Virus record (IMG/VR): IMGVR_UViG_3300005941_000003
Coordinates: 124,001-188,000 of that record
Direction: 5' to 3' (one strand)
Length of the DNA stretch: 64,000 nt
A program made the translations under genes and the position numbers. Each line of letters begins with the position of its first letter. Within the stretch, counting starts at the first letter, position 1. The notes beneath the pieces are model-generated. The model saw only the letters and a list, made by a program, of their open reading frames with translations. It did not search any database and was not told where the DNA came from. Shown here piece after piece: positions 38,990 to 49,175 of this stretch.

Positions 38990-39885
38990 TCAAGTATATG
39001 GATTTCATCGTTGGTATAACATTTAAGAATGGATATGAGGTATTCATACGTCCATACGATACCGAACTTAATAGAACGTTCATAGAAAAATCAAATTTTA
39101 AAAAATTAGATAAACCATTATATTATCAGCTAGACACAACATATGTTGGGTTTTCGGATAGACAAATATCTTTGATAGAGAACAAAGAAGAAATAAAAAA
39201 AGAAAGTATAGAACGAATCATAAAATCATTTAATGATCTAAATATGGAGTTACATCCTGCACTAGTTAGGGGCGAACTTACATTAGAAGATTGTAATGAA
39301 ATACATCGTATCTTTACTACAAACTTTTTAGAGTTAAGACACAACCGACCTCCATCTGAAATAACAGTTTTGAATGAAACATTACAAGGTATTAATCACG
39401 GCGTTCATGATTATGAAAGTGTGTTACATAGTGAAAATTACATGGAATGCGACGAACTGCCTAGAACAATACTTGTGGGATATGAAATATGGGATCAAAT
39501 GGGAGAGTTTGCGTACAACGTACCCAATACATATGATCGTACAGAACTAGCTGATTTATACGACCATGCTGATGTTTTTTACTGGGATGATTGCAGGCTT
39601 GGTAGAAACTTTGCAACTGCTTGGTATATGGGCGATGATCCTATGGCTTGGGACGTTGCTGATATAGATGCAATTGTTCCTATTTTTAAACTAGGTAACA
39701 ATAAGATAAAAAGACTTTATGGTGATACAAAATTTTTAGATTGGCTAGCAAAGGGTAACTATGATTTTACTGTACCATTCAAAGATTTACCTTTTGGAAA
39801 AATCATAAATCCAATTGAATTCACTAATGAAACTGTTACTAATATGTACAGACCTACAGAGATAAAAATATATGAATCCATTTGA
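38986..39885 (+). CDS. Hypothetical protein
   Basis: ATGA-coupled 299-aa ORF; no motif I can assign. Confidence 0.65.
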   Translation: MIKYMDFIVGITFKNGYEVFIRPYDTELNRTFIEKSNFKKLDKPLYYQLDTTYVGFSDRQISLIENKEEIKKESIERIIKSFNDLNMELHPALVRGELTLEDCNEIHRIFTTNFLELRHNRPPSEITVLNETLQGINHGVHDYESVLHSENYMECDELPRTILVGYEIWDQMGEFAYNVPNTYDRTELADLYDHADVFYWDDCRLGRNFATAWYMGDDPMAWDVADIDAIVPIFKLGNNKIKRLYGDTKFLDWLAKGNYDFTVPFKDLPFGKIINPIEFTNETVTNMYRPTEIKIYESI

Positions 39886-40480
39886 ATACGTACATGAGTT
39901 TGAACGACAGGTAGCAGAATACGCAGGAGCACCTTATGGTATAGCAACCGACTGTTGCAGTCATGCTATATTCCTAAGTGCAATGTATTACAAACTCAAA
40001 CATGGTACTCCGGAAAAAGTCACACTTCCTACTCACACATATGTGAGTGCAGCAATGCAATTGCGCCATGCAGGTTACAATATCACATTCGAAGATTTTG
40101 AATGGGAAGGTGCGTACACTATAGAACCTACAAATATTGTTGATGCTGCCCCACGCTTTACTAAAGGTATGTATGTTCCCGGAACATACCACTGTGTGAG
40201 TTTTCAATATAAGAAAATTCTAAGTACAATTAAAGGCGGTATGATACTAACTGACGACGAAGAATTTTACAAATGGGCGCAACGTGCAACACATGATGGA
40301 AGAGACATGTCGTTGCCATACGAACAAGATACAATAACGATGCTTGGATATCATATGTTTATGACACCAGAGACCGCATTAATGGGACTCGAAAAGATGA
40401 AAACTATCCCAGACTTCAACAAAGATATTGCTGGTAGTTATACATACCCAGATATTAGCTATACAAATGGACTAAATTAA
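39872..40480 (+). CDS. Short DegT/DnrJ/EryC1-family PLP aminotransferase
   Basis: FERQVAEY.GA.Y..A, VDAA and SFQYKK.L..IKGGMILTDD motifs; only 202 aa. Confidence 0.8.
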   Translation: MNPFEYVHEFERQVAEYAGAPYGIATDCCSHAIFLSAMYYKLKHGTPEKVTLPTHTYVSAAMQLRHAGYNITFEDFEWEGAYTIEPTNIVDAAPRFTKGMYVPGTYHCVSFQYKKILSTIKGGMILTDDEEFYKWAQRATHDGRDMSLPYEQDTITMLGYHMFMTPETALMGLEKMKTIPDFNKDIAGSYTYPDISYTNGLN

Positions 40481-41673
40481 TGGCACACATAAAAGAAATA
40501 ACAGAATGTCGCAGTTGCGGAAGCAGCGAGTTTACAACAGTATTCGATATGGGCGACTTGAAAATCAATGCGTTTATGGCAGAACCGAATACAGATATTG
40601 GTACAGCACCGCTAACTTTGTTACATTGTTTTCATTGTGACCTAGTTCAACTGTCACATACAGTACGTGAAGAAGACCTTTATAAAAATTATTGGTACCT
40701 AAGCAGACTTAATAAGAAGATTGTAGACAATCTACAAAGTATCACAGTTGCAGCACAGAAACATGTGTCACTTTCAGATGGTGATATCGTTTTAGATATT
40801 GGTGCCAATGATGGTACTCTGTTGAGTTTTTATTCAGAGAACGTGATCAAAGTAGGATGTGATCCTGCGCAAAATATCAAGAGCGAACTTGAGAAAAACT
40901 GCGACATAACTATAAGTGATTTCTTTACTAAAGAAACTTATCGAAGCGCAGTAGGTAGCAAGAATGTAAAAGTTGTAACTACTATCGCTATGTTCTATGA
41001 CCTAGACAATCCAAATAAATTTGTTCAAGATATCAAGAGCATCCTTGCAGATGACGGTCTGTGGATTTGTCAGCTTATGACTGCTAGACCAATGCTTGAT
41101 ACAAACGATATCGGAAACGTAATCCATGAACATATCGAATACTATTCTTATAAAGCACTTGTGAATCTACTTGAACGTAATGGTCTAGAAATTTATGATC
41201 TAGTAGAAAACGATATTAATGGTGGTAGTTATCAGTTGTATATTCGTCATCTATCTCAAGGTTCTATGGAATTCGAAGAAGACTGTTCACAAGAACGTTA
41301 TGTTGAATGGCAGCGTAACATGGAAATCAACCGTGAGAAAACTATGAACTTCTTGCGAAGCGAAGTTGCAAATGGTAAAAAAGTGTATATCATGGGCGCA
41401 AGTACAAAAGGTAACACTATCATGCAGTACTACGGACTTGATGGCGATATCATTTCTGGCGCGGCAGAAATACACCCAGATAAGATAGGAAAATATCTTG
41501 TTGGTAGTAGTATACCAATTGTCCACGAAGATGAAGCAAAAGAAAAAGCAGATTACTTCTTGGTATTCCCATTCCACTTTAAAGACATATTTGTAAATAA
41601 GATTTTAAAGGATTGGATTACAGAGGGCGGCAAGCTAGTATTTTGTACACCAACATTTGAGGTAATCGGGTAA
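40480..41673 (+). CDS. NDP-hexose C-methyltransferase (TcaB9/NovU/EryBIII-like)
   Basis: Zn site CRSC...CFHC.LVQL, LDIGANDG.LL, HEHIEYYS and GASTKGNT. Confidence 0.9.
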   Translation: MAHIKEITECRSCGSSEFTTVFDMGDLKINAFMAEPNTDIGTAPLTLLHCFHCDLVQLSHTVREEDLYKNYWYLSRLNKKIVDNLQSITVAAQKHVSLSDGDIVLDIGANDGTLLSFYSENVIKVGCDPAQNIKSELEKNCDITISDFFTKETYRSAVGSKNVKVVTTIAMFYDLDNPNKFVQDIKSILADDGLWICQLMTARPMLDTNDIGNVIHEHIEYYSYKALVNLLERNGLEIYDLVENDINGGSYQLYIRHLSQGSMEFEEDCSQERYVEWQRNMEINREKTMNFLRSEVANGKKVYIMGASTKGNTIMQYYGLDGDIISGAAEIHPDKIGKYLVGSSIPIVHEDEAKEKADYFLVFPFHFKDIFVNKILKDWITEGGKLVFCTPTFEVIG

Positions 41674-42428
41674 TGTTAAGTAAAGAACCACATAGCGAGT
41701 TAAACAATCTATTTCGTCGCAATTGGTTGCGCGACGATCTAGAAACCATGTATACTATATCACCTATATCAACGATGAGTGCGTCTCGTATGCAAGCAGT
41801 CATGGATGCAATTCGATATGTAAAAGCAAAGGACATACCGGGAGACATCGTAGAATGTGGTGTATTCATGGGCGGTAACATTGCCCTCGCACTTGCAGAA
41901 ATGTACAATTTGGATTTAGATAGAAAGTTTTGGGCATATGATACATTCGAAGGTGTACCCAGAAAAGAATTGATCGACACTGATAGAGAGATTGAAATAC
42001 ATAGCTCAGGTGCAGGAGAGAGTGTGGAACGTTGGTATAACGAAGAAGACCAATGGTGCTACTGTCCCAAAGATGGGGTAATAGAAAATGTTGCCAATGT
42101 CATTCCAAAACTTATCCCAGACTTATACGATGCAAATCGTATGATCGACAAGAAAGTAAACTTTGTTGAAGGTTCAGTGTTAGATACTATTCCTAATATA
42201 CTACCAGAAAAAATATCGTTCATACGTTTAGATATGGACATTGCCGTACCAACTAAACATGCACTTGAACATTTGTGGGATTTAGTATCAATAGGTGGGG
42301 TAATGCACATCGATGATTACAATATGTTTGGCGGAGTTCATGAAGCAGTAGATGAATTCTTTAAAGATAAATTTGTTTACATTCAAGAGATTGATTATGC
42401 TGCATCTGCTATTGTGAGGCTTTCGTAA
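41673..42428 (+). CDS. TylF/MycF/NovP-family O-methyltransferase
   Basis: GDIVECGV..GG, YDTFEG, IRLDMD and GG...IDDY motifs. Confidence 0.9.
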   Translation: MLSKEPHSELNNLFRRNWLRDDLETMYTISPISTMSASRMQAVMDAIRYVKAKDIPGDIVECGVFMGGNIALALAEMYNLDLDRKFWAYDTFEGVPRKELIDTDREIEIHSSGAGESVERWYNEEDQWCYCPKDGVIENVANVIPKLIPDLYDANRMIDKKVNFVEGSVLDTIPNILPEKISFIRLDMDIAVPTKHALEHLWDLVSIGGVMHIDDYNMFGGVHEAVDEFFKDKFVYIQEIDYAASAIVRLS

Positions 42429-42955
42429 TGGTATTAAAAACAAGTGATAGTATGATTGGTAAAACTGCCAGATACATTGGTAATATGGAAGAGGGCGAAG
42501 TATGCCTAGTGATGATCATATGTAATCATTGTCCGTATGTTCTATTCAGAATGCCACAGATATCACAATTAGTTAAAGACTACAAAGATTCGGTTCGTAT
42601 AGTTGCAGTCAACAGTAACGATGCTTCACCAACAACAGAAGATTCACACCCAGAAGATGCCCCAGAGTTTATGCCAGAGTTCATAGAGGAATGGGATTTG
42701 CAATGTGATTATATATTTGATGAAGATCAAAGTATTGCAAAAGACTATGGTGCCGTATGTACACCAGAATTCTACGTTGTAGATAGAGAAGGTATTATAG
42801 TATATCACGGCGAATTAGACCCATCGCATATATCTAACAGATTAATGCCAACTGGAAGTAGTCTTCGTCACGCAATTGACTTGGCTCTAGTAAATAAAAC
42901 TATCGATTGGGACCCTAACCCAAGTTTTGGATGTAGTGTAAAGTGGAAAAACTAA
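42428..42955 (+). CDS. Thioredoxin-family / peroxiredoxin-like redoxin
   Basis: ICNHCPYV, VNSND, DEDQ.IAK.YGA.CTPEF and GCSVKWK motifs. Confidence 0.85.
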   Translation: MVLKTSDSMIGKTARYIGNMEEGEVCLVMIICNHCPYVLFRMPQISQLVKDYKDSVRIVAVNSNDASPTTEDSHPEDAPEFMPEFIEEWDLQCDYIFDEDQSIAKDYGAVCTPEFYVVDREGIIVYHGELDPSHISNRLMPTGSSLRHAIDLALVNKTIDWDPNPSFGCSVKWKN

Positions 42956-43750
42956 ATGAAGATAGGTATAGTAGGAAGTGAAGGTGTAGTAGGTCGCGCA
43001 TGTACTGCAGGCTTTGCGCGGCTTGGATACAATGTTATCAAGCATGATATTAGTTTAATGACTAAACTACTTTCTGTGTTAGAAGCAGAGATTGTTTTTA
43101 TATGTGTGCCTACACCAAGCGATTCTACAGGGAAGTGCGACACCAGTATTGTAGAAAGCGTTGTTGCAGAATTGTATAGTTTAAACTATACAGGGGTTGT
43201 AGCTATTAAATCTACAGTAGAACCGGGTACTACGCAACGATTGATAGAACAGTATGATGACCGTATTGTATTTGTTCCTGAGTTTTTAAAAGAACGAAGT
43301 GCGGAATATGACTTCGTGTTCGACCATAGACTTCTACTTGTCGGAACAGACAATGTAAATTACTACTACCTAGTACAGCGTTCACATGGTAACCTACCAA
43401 AAGATATTATGCGCGTGTCTCCGACAGAAGCAGAATTGATGAAGTATTATCACAATACATTCAATGCAACACGTATTGTGTTCGCCAATGTTATGTATGA
43501 GATTGCAGAAAAAATGGGGGTGTCATATGACAAGATCAAGGAAGCGTTCTTGAAAAACAATGACATGCCAGATGAATATCTTGATGTAAAACCAGAACTG
43601 CGAGGTTATGGTGGAGCATGTCTACCAAAAGATGTTCTCGCAATGCAACGCGCTTGTGAACAACTTGGATTACCTCACCACCTATTTGAAGCAATAGATA
43701 AAGAGAACAGACTGTTTGAAACGACAGTATTTGATGGGATGAGAAAATGA
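42956..43750 (+). CDS. UDP-glucose/GDP-mannose dehydrogenase family protein, short form
   Basis: FICVPTP, IKSTVEPGTT, PEFLKE, EAELMKY..N and GYGGACLPKD motifs; lacks the C-terminal domain. Confidence 0.85.
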   Translation: MKIGIVGSEGVVGRACTAGFARLGYNVIKHDISLMTKLLSVLEAEIVFICVPTPSDSTGKCDTSIVESVVAELYSLNYTGVVAIKSTVEPGTTQRLIEQYDDRIVFVPEFLKERSAEYDFVFDHRLLLVGTDNVNYYYLVQRSHGNLPKDIMRVSPTEAELMKYYHNTFNATRIVFANVMYEIAEKMGVSYDKIKEAFLKNNDMPDEYLDVKPELRGYGGACLPKDVLAMQRACEQLGLPHHLFEAIDKENRLFETTVFDGMRK

Positions 43751-44637
43751 AAATACTTGTTACAGGCGCAGCGGGATTTATAGGCAATGCGATAGCAAAA
43801 GAACTTAAAGGATCGGACCATGAAGTTATTTTAACTGATATACTCATGCCAGATGAATTACATGGTCATGCTTATACATACGCAGATTTAACAAATCAAG
43901 ATGCAGTTAATAACTTACCGGATGTTGACGTTGTATATCACATGTGTGCATATAATAATACGGCACACTTCTATTCTAAACCAATGAGTGTCATTGATTC
44001 TACGCTTACCCCTACAATATACTTACTGCAACGTTATAAGTCAATAAAAAAATTCATATACGCAAGTAGCAGTGAGATATATGCAGGTGCTATACAACTC
44101 GGTATATCCGATATACCAACACCAGAAGTAAATGTAGGGATAATTAATGGCATTGACAACCCACGTTGGAGTTATGCAGGTAGTAAACTCATGGGAGAAA
44201 TACTAGTACACGCCGCGCACGTCGAGCATGGGCTAAATTATGCAATCATTCGTTATCACAACGTATACGGTAAACGCCAGAAAGCACACTTTATACCAGA
44301 GTATGCAGAGCGTATACAAAACGATGACCGCACATTATACGGCGCGGATCAAACACGTGCATTCTTGTACATAGATGATGCTGCGAAATTGACAGCCATG
44401 GTTGCAGACGTATTAGAAAATGATACTATACATATTGGTAACCCAAAAGAGATTACTATAAAACTGGTGGCGGCGATGATACGTGATATTCTTTTAGTAC
44501 ATACCAAACCAGAATACAAAGATGCACCTGAAGGTAGTGTAGATAGAAGATGTGCAGATATTTCTAAACTATTAGAACTATTCCCAGATTTTAAATTCAC
44601 AGGGCTAGATGCGGGTCTTAGAAAAACTCTGCTATAA
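43747..44637 (+). CDS. NAD-dependent epimerase/dehydratase (extended SDR)
   Basis: VTGAAGFIG, ASSSEIY, YAGSK (YxxxK) and RYHNVYG motifs. Confidence 0.9.
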   Translation: MKILVTGAAGFIGNAIAKELKGSDHEVILTDILMPDELHGHAYTYADLTNQDAVNNLPDVDVVYHMCAYNNTAHFYSKPMSVIDSTLTPTIYLLQRYKSIKKFIYASSSEIYAGAIQLGISDIPTPEVNVGIINGIDNPRWSYAGSKLMGEILVHAAHVEHGLNYAIIRYHNVYGKRQKAHFIPEYAERIQNDDRTLYGADQTRAFLYIDDAAKLTAMVADVLENDTIHIGNPKEITIKLVAAMIRDILLVHTKPEYKDAPEGSVDRRCADISKLLELFPDFKFTGLDAGLRKTLL

Positions 44638-44640
44638 ATA
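44633..44640 (+). promoter_or_regulatory. Late promoter TATAAATA, 5 nt before ATG 44646 (leaderless)
   Basis: TATAAATA-cgaac-ATG; no SD. Confidence 0.7.
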
Positions 44641-44645
44641 CGAAC

Positions 44646-45773
44646 ATGAAATGCCCACTAGTTACCAATCATCTAGAAATAAACTCAAGCGGCGAATTCA
44701 AACCGTGTTGTATTAGTTCGAAGCGATTTGCTATTGACAATAAGATAGCAAATGCAGATACCCATACCATAGATGATATAATACAACACAGTGATCGTAA
44801 CGAGTGGATTAAAAATTTTGATGCAAACTATGAAACTGATTGTAGACAATGCTATGAAGTAGAACGTAGTGGTGGTGAAAGTAAGCGCATCAGAGAACTT
44901 AGAGATTGGCGAACTAACTATCATTTCAAATCTGATACATTGCAATCTCTTGATTTGAAGATGGGTAATACCTGTAATCTCGCTTGTGCAATATGCGCAC
45001 CAGATAGCAGCAGTAAATGGGCATCAATATACAAACAACTTGGTTACGATACTGGTATACGACTACAACGTTGGCCAGAACGTGATGAATTTTGGGAACA
45101 ACTCAACCAACACGCCCAAAACATACAAAAGATAGAACTTGCTGGCGGCGAACCGTTTATGATTAAGAAGCAAGAAATACTAATCAACTTCTTAATAGAA
45201 CGAGACTTAGCAAAGAATATAGATATAACTTGGTTTACAAACTGTACTATATGGCCAGAGAATATTGTGAAGCACTTTGATAAGTTCAAACAAGTTCGTA
45301 TAATGCTTAGTATCGACAATACGGGTGAACAATTCGAATACATACGATACCCTGCAAAATGGAATGAAGCATATGATATATTCTTGAAGTTCAAGGAGTT
45401 ACATAGTCGCAAGATAGTAAATCTAGGCATATCACATTCTATAGGATTACTAAATGTATGGAGATTACCAGAGTTTCACGCGTGGTGCAGACAGCACGAA
45501 GTATCTGTATTCAACAATCTTATAATGAATCCACTAAGTGCAAAAGACTTACCGAAAGAGTTTAAATTGCGAGTAGCAGAAAAGTTGAGTAAGTGTAGCG
45601 ACCCCTCATACCAACATAACCCAGTTGTTGGAGAAAACAATTGGCTCATACAGTTTATGATGGGAGACAGTGATAACAATCTACAGCATCTCACTGAAAA
45701 AGTTATACCATCTCGTCCGACGATAGATATATATGAGGCGTTTCCTGAATTGAAAGGAATGTTAAATGTATGA
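44646..45773 (+). CDS. Radical SAM protein with N-terminal Twitch-type domain (#5)
   Basis: KCPL...PCC...CRQC; CNLACAIC; AGGEPF. Confidence 0.92.
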   Translation: MKCPLVTNHLEINSSGEFKPCCISSKRFAIDNKIANADTHTIDDIIQHSDRNEWIKNFDANYETDCRQCYEVERSGGESKRIRELRDWRTNYHFKSDTLQSLDLKMGNTCNLACAICAPDSSSKWASIYKQLGYDTGIRLQRWPERDEFWEQLNQHAQNIQKIELAGGEPFMIKKQEILINFLIERDLAKNIDITWFTNCTIWPENIVKHFDKFKQVRIMLSIDNTGEQFEYIRYPAKWNEAYDIFLKFKELHSRKIVNLGISHSIGLLNVWRLPEFHAWCRQHEVSVFNNLIMNPLSAKDLPKEFKLRVAEKLSKCSDPSYQHNPVVGENNWLIQFMMGDSDNNLQHLTEKVIPSRPTIDIYEAFPELKGMLNV

Positions 45774-46560
45774 TACTCTTTGGCTAGGTTGTTCACATAG
45801 TTCTGGTAGTTATTGTAAAGATACTGGAGAACTTATAGACCAATCTCATAGTATTCCATCCGTTCTTGCGACAAAACTAAATCAACGTTGGAAAAGCATT
45901 TCATTTCCAGGTGATGGGGTGATGAAATATGCAGAAGCAGTGAAGTTGCTTGATGAAAACAAGTTATTATCCAATTTTAGAAATATAATCATACAGCGCA
46001 CTTATGAGCCTCGTATGACGTTTTTTAATGATAGCGATTATATTTACGATAGAATACTAGAATACGTAAACGACCCAAATCGATTTGAAACTATTATATC
46101 AGTAAGACCACCAACCGAACGTACTTTTTCTCTTTTCGCACATCAGAACTACGATCAGTATCATTCTAAATTTGCAGGTAAAGAAATAGAATTAATAGAT
46201 ATGTTTGAAAATATATCTCACAGTGTTGATCCCAGAGAAAGCACCACAGAGACTACACAGTATCCAAGTCTTTGGGTTGATGTGCATTATGATTATATAA
46301 AATATACTGCGGATAAAAACAATTGCAAATTGTATATGTTTGATTACGTGGGCAGTTTTAGAAACCAAAATCGTAGATGGAAAATTAACAAACCATTTAA
46401 ACGCACACTTATTAATGGTGATCAAGATTTTGTTTTCCACCATCTTACAGAACAAAATAGATTAGATTTGTTAGCGTCTGCACAGCACCCTACACACGGT
46501 GCAGTTGATTTGCTGGTAGACATATTATATAAAGAGTTGAATGATGAAGAATATAAATGA
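45766..46560 (+). CDS. SGNH-like protein (#3)
   Basis: WLGCSHSSG, SFPGDG and C-terminal AQHPT motifs. Confidence 0.55.
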   Translation: MYDTLWLGCSHSSGSYCKDTGELIDQSHSIPSVLATKLNQRWKSISFPGDGVMKYAEAVKLLDENKLLSNFRNIIIQRTYEPRMTFFNDSDYIYDRILEYVNDPNRFETIISVRPPTERTFSLFAHQNYDQYHSKFAGKEIELIDMFENISHSVDPRESTTETTQYPSLWVDVHYDYIKYTADKNNCKLYMFDYVGSFRNQNRRWKINKPFKRTLINGDQDFVFHHLTEQNRLDLLASAQHPTHGAVDLLVDILYKELNDEEYK

Positions 46561-47734
46561 CGCGTTTTGTATTGCACCATGGATGCATATGCATGTGGAA
46601 CCAGATGGTGAAGTGCAACTATGCTGTGCATCAAACTGGAAACACGAACATCAGCGCAGTCTCGGCAATCTAAACGAAAGCAGCCCAGAAGAAATCTGGA
46701 ATAACTCACAGTATCGTATGGTGCGTAAGAATATGCTAGAGGGTCGTAAGATGCCTCAGTATTGCTCACCTTGTTATGATCGTGAAGCAGGTGCTATTAA
46801 CCAAACAGAGAGACAGCGTTTCAATCGCGAGTTTGCAAATACATTTGATTTAGTTCCTACTACACTGAGTGACGGTACACTAGATACACTAAAGCTAAAG
46901 TATCTAGACATTCGATTTAACAATCTATGTAATCTAAAGTGTCGTACATGTGGTCCTGATTGGAGTACAAGCTGGGCAAACGAAATGGGTATTGAGAAGC
47001 CACTACTATACAACAACACGTGGCGTAAGTTACTACCGTATCTAGATCAATTAGAGAAAGTATACTTTGCTGGCGGTGAACCACTTATGACCCCAGAACA
47101 CTACGATTTCTTAGAACAACTTGTCGAGATTAACCCAAACATTGAATTGTTATACACATCAAACTTTAGTAGACTATCGCTAAAGAACCGTCATGTGTTA
47201 GATTACTGGCCTAAGTTTAAACTTGTAAGTGCTATTGCTAGTATAGATCATTACGGTGAACATGCAGCATATGTTCGCACAGGCAGTGACTATAATACGA
47301 TAGTAAAAAATATAAAAGAGTTACAGAACGCCGGGCATCGCAACATTCAACCAGCAGTAACAAGTGTGTATTCTATATACAATGCAACCCGTCTCGGTGA
47401 TTTCGTTATTCGACTATTCGAAGACGGTGTTATACAAACTATGGATCAGATTGTATTCAACATACTGGTTAACCCAGATTATCAAATGGCAACAATTATA
47501 CCAGAAAGTGCGCTAGAATTTGCTATAGCTAACACACAAAAAGGTATAGATTATCTGATATCACATGGGCACAACCCACAGAAATTACAGAGCGCAATAG
47601 ACTGGTTGACATCAAATTGGAACTATGATAAGATCAAATTCAACAAGTTTGTAGAATACAATCTAGACTTAGATACTAAGCGCGGCACTGACTTCTATAC
47701 TATGTATCCAGAGTTCGGCGAGTGTAGGGATTAG
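46541..47734 (+). CDS. Radical SAM protein with N-terminal Twitch-type domain (#6)
   Basis: FCIAPW...LCC...CSPC; CNLKCRTC; AGGEPL. Confidence 0.92.
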   Translation: MMKNINDAFCIAPWMHMHVEPDGEVQLCCASNWKHEHQRSLGNLNESSPEEIWNNSQYRMVRKNMLEGRKMPQYCSPCYDREAGAINQTERQRFNREFANTFDLVPTTLSDGTLDTLKLKYLDIRFNNLCNLKCRTCGPDWSTSWANEMGIEKPLLYNNTWRKLLPYLDQLEKVYFAGGEPLMTPEHYDFLEQLVEINPNIELLYTSNFSRLSLKNRHVLDYWPKFKLVSAIASIDHYGEHAAYVRTGSDYNTIVKNIKELQNAGHRNIQPAVTSVYSIYNATRLGDFVIRLFEDGVIQTMDQIVFNILVNPDYQMATIIPESALEFAIANTQKGIDYLISHGHNPQKLQSAIDWLTSNWNYDKIKFNKFVEYNLDLDTKRGTDFYTMYPEFGECRD

Positions 47735-47803
47735 CGCCGCGCGGGGCGAAGTTCGAGCGGCACCAAGATAATCCCGGAACAAGCCATCGGAGATGGCTTG
47801 GTT
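47735..47803. other. GC-rich intergenic element with hairpins
   Basis: gccgc/gcggc (47736-47761) and the perfect caagccatc-gga-gatggcttg hairpin (47780-47800), followed by aaaatttttt. Confidence 0.6.
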
Positions 47804-47823
47804 AGGAAAATTTTTTGGAGCAT

Positions 47824-47843
47824 TAAGTGCGCACTTATAAATA
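47824..47843 (+). promoter_or_regulatory. 14-bp palindrome overlapping a late promoter TATAAATA that lies 5 nt before ATG 47849
   Basis: taagtgcgcactta (47824-37); TATAAATA (47836-43)-tatct-ATG. Confidence 0.7.
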
Positions 47844-47848
47844 TATCT

Positions 47849-49108
47849 ATGGAACCTAAAGCAAACAATTCATTCTGTTACTATCCTTTCACCGCACTTG
47901 CCGTAAAACGTTGGGTACAGGGTAAGTTTTCACCTTTTCCATGCTGTAATTCTGGACATTTACTTAATGCAGAATGGGAATCAAATTTTCCCAAAAATGC
48001 TACCCTAGATGCTGCATTTCATTCAAAACCTATGAATGATCTTAGACAAGATATGTTAGCTAATCGTAAGCCTGATATATGTGGAGTATGTTGGCGTAGA
48101 GAGAAACATTATGGAAGTTCTCCAAGATTGCATAGCGCACATATACTTAAAGGTAACACCATTGACATACACAATCCTCAACTACAAGTGTTAGATATTG
48201 GTACTGGAAATACCTGCAATTTAAGATGTAGAATGTGTACTCCATTTTCATCTAGTGAGTTGATGAAAGATAGAGACCAATTTGTAGAACGTAATGTAAA
48301 GTATTGGAGAAGTTTTCCATATACTGACGAAATCTTAAAGAGTGAATCCATCAATAAGTTTGACAAAAACAATGAAGATTGGACCAGTATATTTGACACC
48401 ATTGAAAACTACACTTATATAAAAGCTAGTGGTGGAGAAACATTACTATCAAATCAGTTCATAGACTTCCTACAAAAATGTATAGATGAAGATCATGCCC
48501 AGAACATAATACTTCAAATTACTACAAATGCTACACAGTTGACGAAACCAAACATAGAGAGATTAAAGAAGTTCAAAGGGTTAGAGTTCATATTCTCTAT
48601 AGATGGGATAGACAAGATATATGAATACATTAGATATCCACAATCGTTTGATAAGTTAGAACGCAGTATAGATAAATTCTTTGATAACGGATTGATAAAA
48701 GGAACGCTAGACATAAACTATACACTCACAGTATATAATGTTCATGACATAGAAAACACGATAGACTGGGTTTACAAGTTGAGTAAGCGTTATGATACAT
48801 TCATAAACTTTACAATAAGCAATGTGTTTCAAACAACACCCTTTGACATAAGTGGACTAACACCAGAGATACTACAACCTATATACGATAGAGTTGTAGA
48901 CTTAGAGGGTTACTATAGGGAACAGATTAATCTGAATACAGTAGAGGGCATCAATCATATAGCACGATGTATAGAACAGGGTGTAGATACCAAGATGAGG
49001 GATAAGTTTATATACTTAACACATGAGTTCGATAAGAACAGGGATCAATGCTATTCAGACTATGTACATCCCATACTAGCGGCGTATATAGAGGCGAATA
49101 CGGTATAG
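47849..49108 (+). CDS. Radical SAM protein with N-terminal Twitch-type domain (#7)
   Basis: FCYYPF...PCC...CGVC; CNLRCRMC; SGGETL; FSIDG. Start moved from TTG 47798 to ATG 47849. Confidence 0.9.
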   Translation: MEPKANNSFCYYPFTALAVKRWVQGKFSPFPCCNSGHLLNAEWESNFPKNATLDAAFHSKPMNDLRQDMLANRKPDICGVCWRREKHYGSSPRLHSAHILKGNTIDIHNPQLQVLDIGTGNTCNLRCRMCTPFSSSELMKDRDQFVERNVKYWRSFPYTDEILKSESINKFDKNNEDWTSIFDTIENYTYIKASGGETLLSNQFIDFLQKCIDEDHAQNIILQITTNATQLTKPNIERLKKFKGLEFIFSIDGIDKIYEYIRYPQSFDKLERSIDKFFDNGLIKGTLDINYTLTVYNVHDIENTIDWVYKLSKRYDTFINFTISNVFQTTPFDISGLTPEILQPIYDRVVDLEGYYREQINLNTVEGINHIARCIEQGVDTKMRDKFIYLTHEFDKNRDQCYSDYVHPILAAYIEANTV

Positions 49109-49175
49109 GGGTAAGTTGAGGCATAGTGTTACGGAAAACCAAAAAAATGCTTGCGGGATGGCCTCAGATTCGCGG

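Noticed and set aside
47735-47765. GTTCGA...GGCACCA resembling a tRNA T-loop and CCA end
   Set aside because: The spacing is far too short and no cloverleaf can be formed; kept only as a structured intergenic element.
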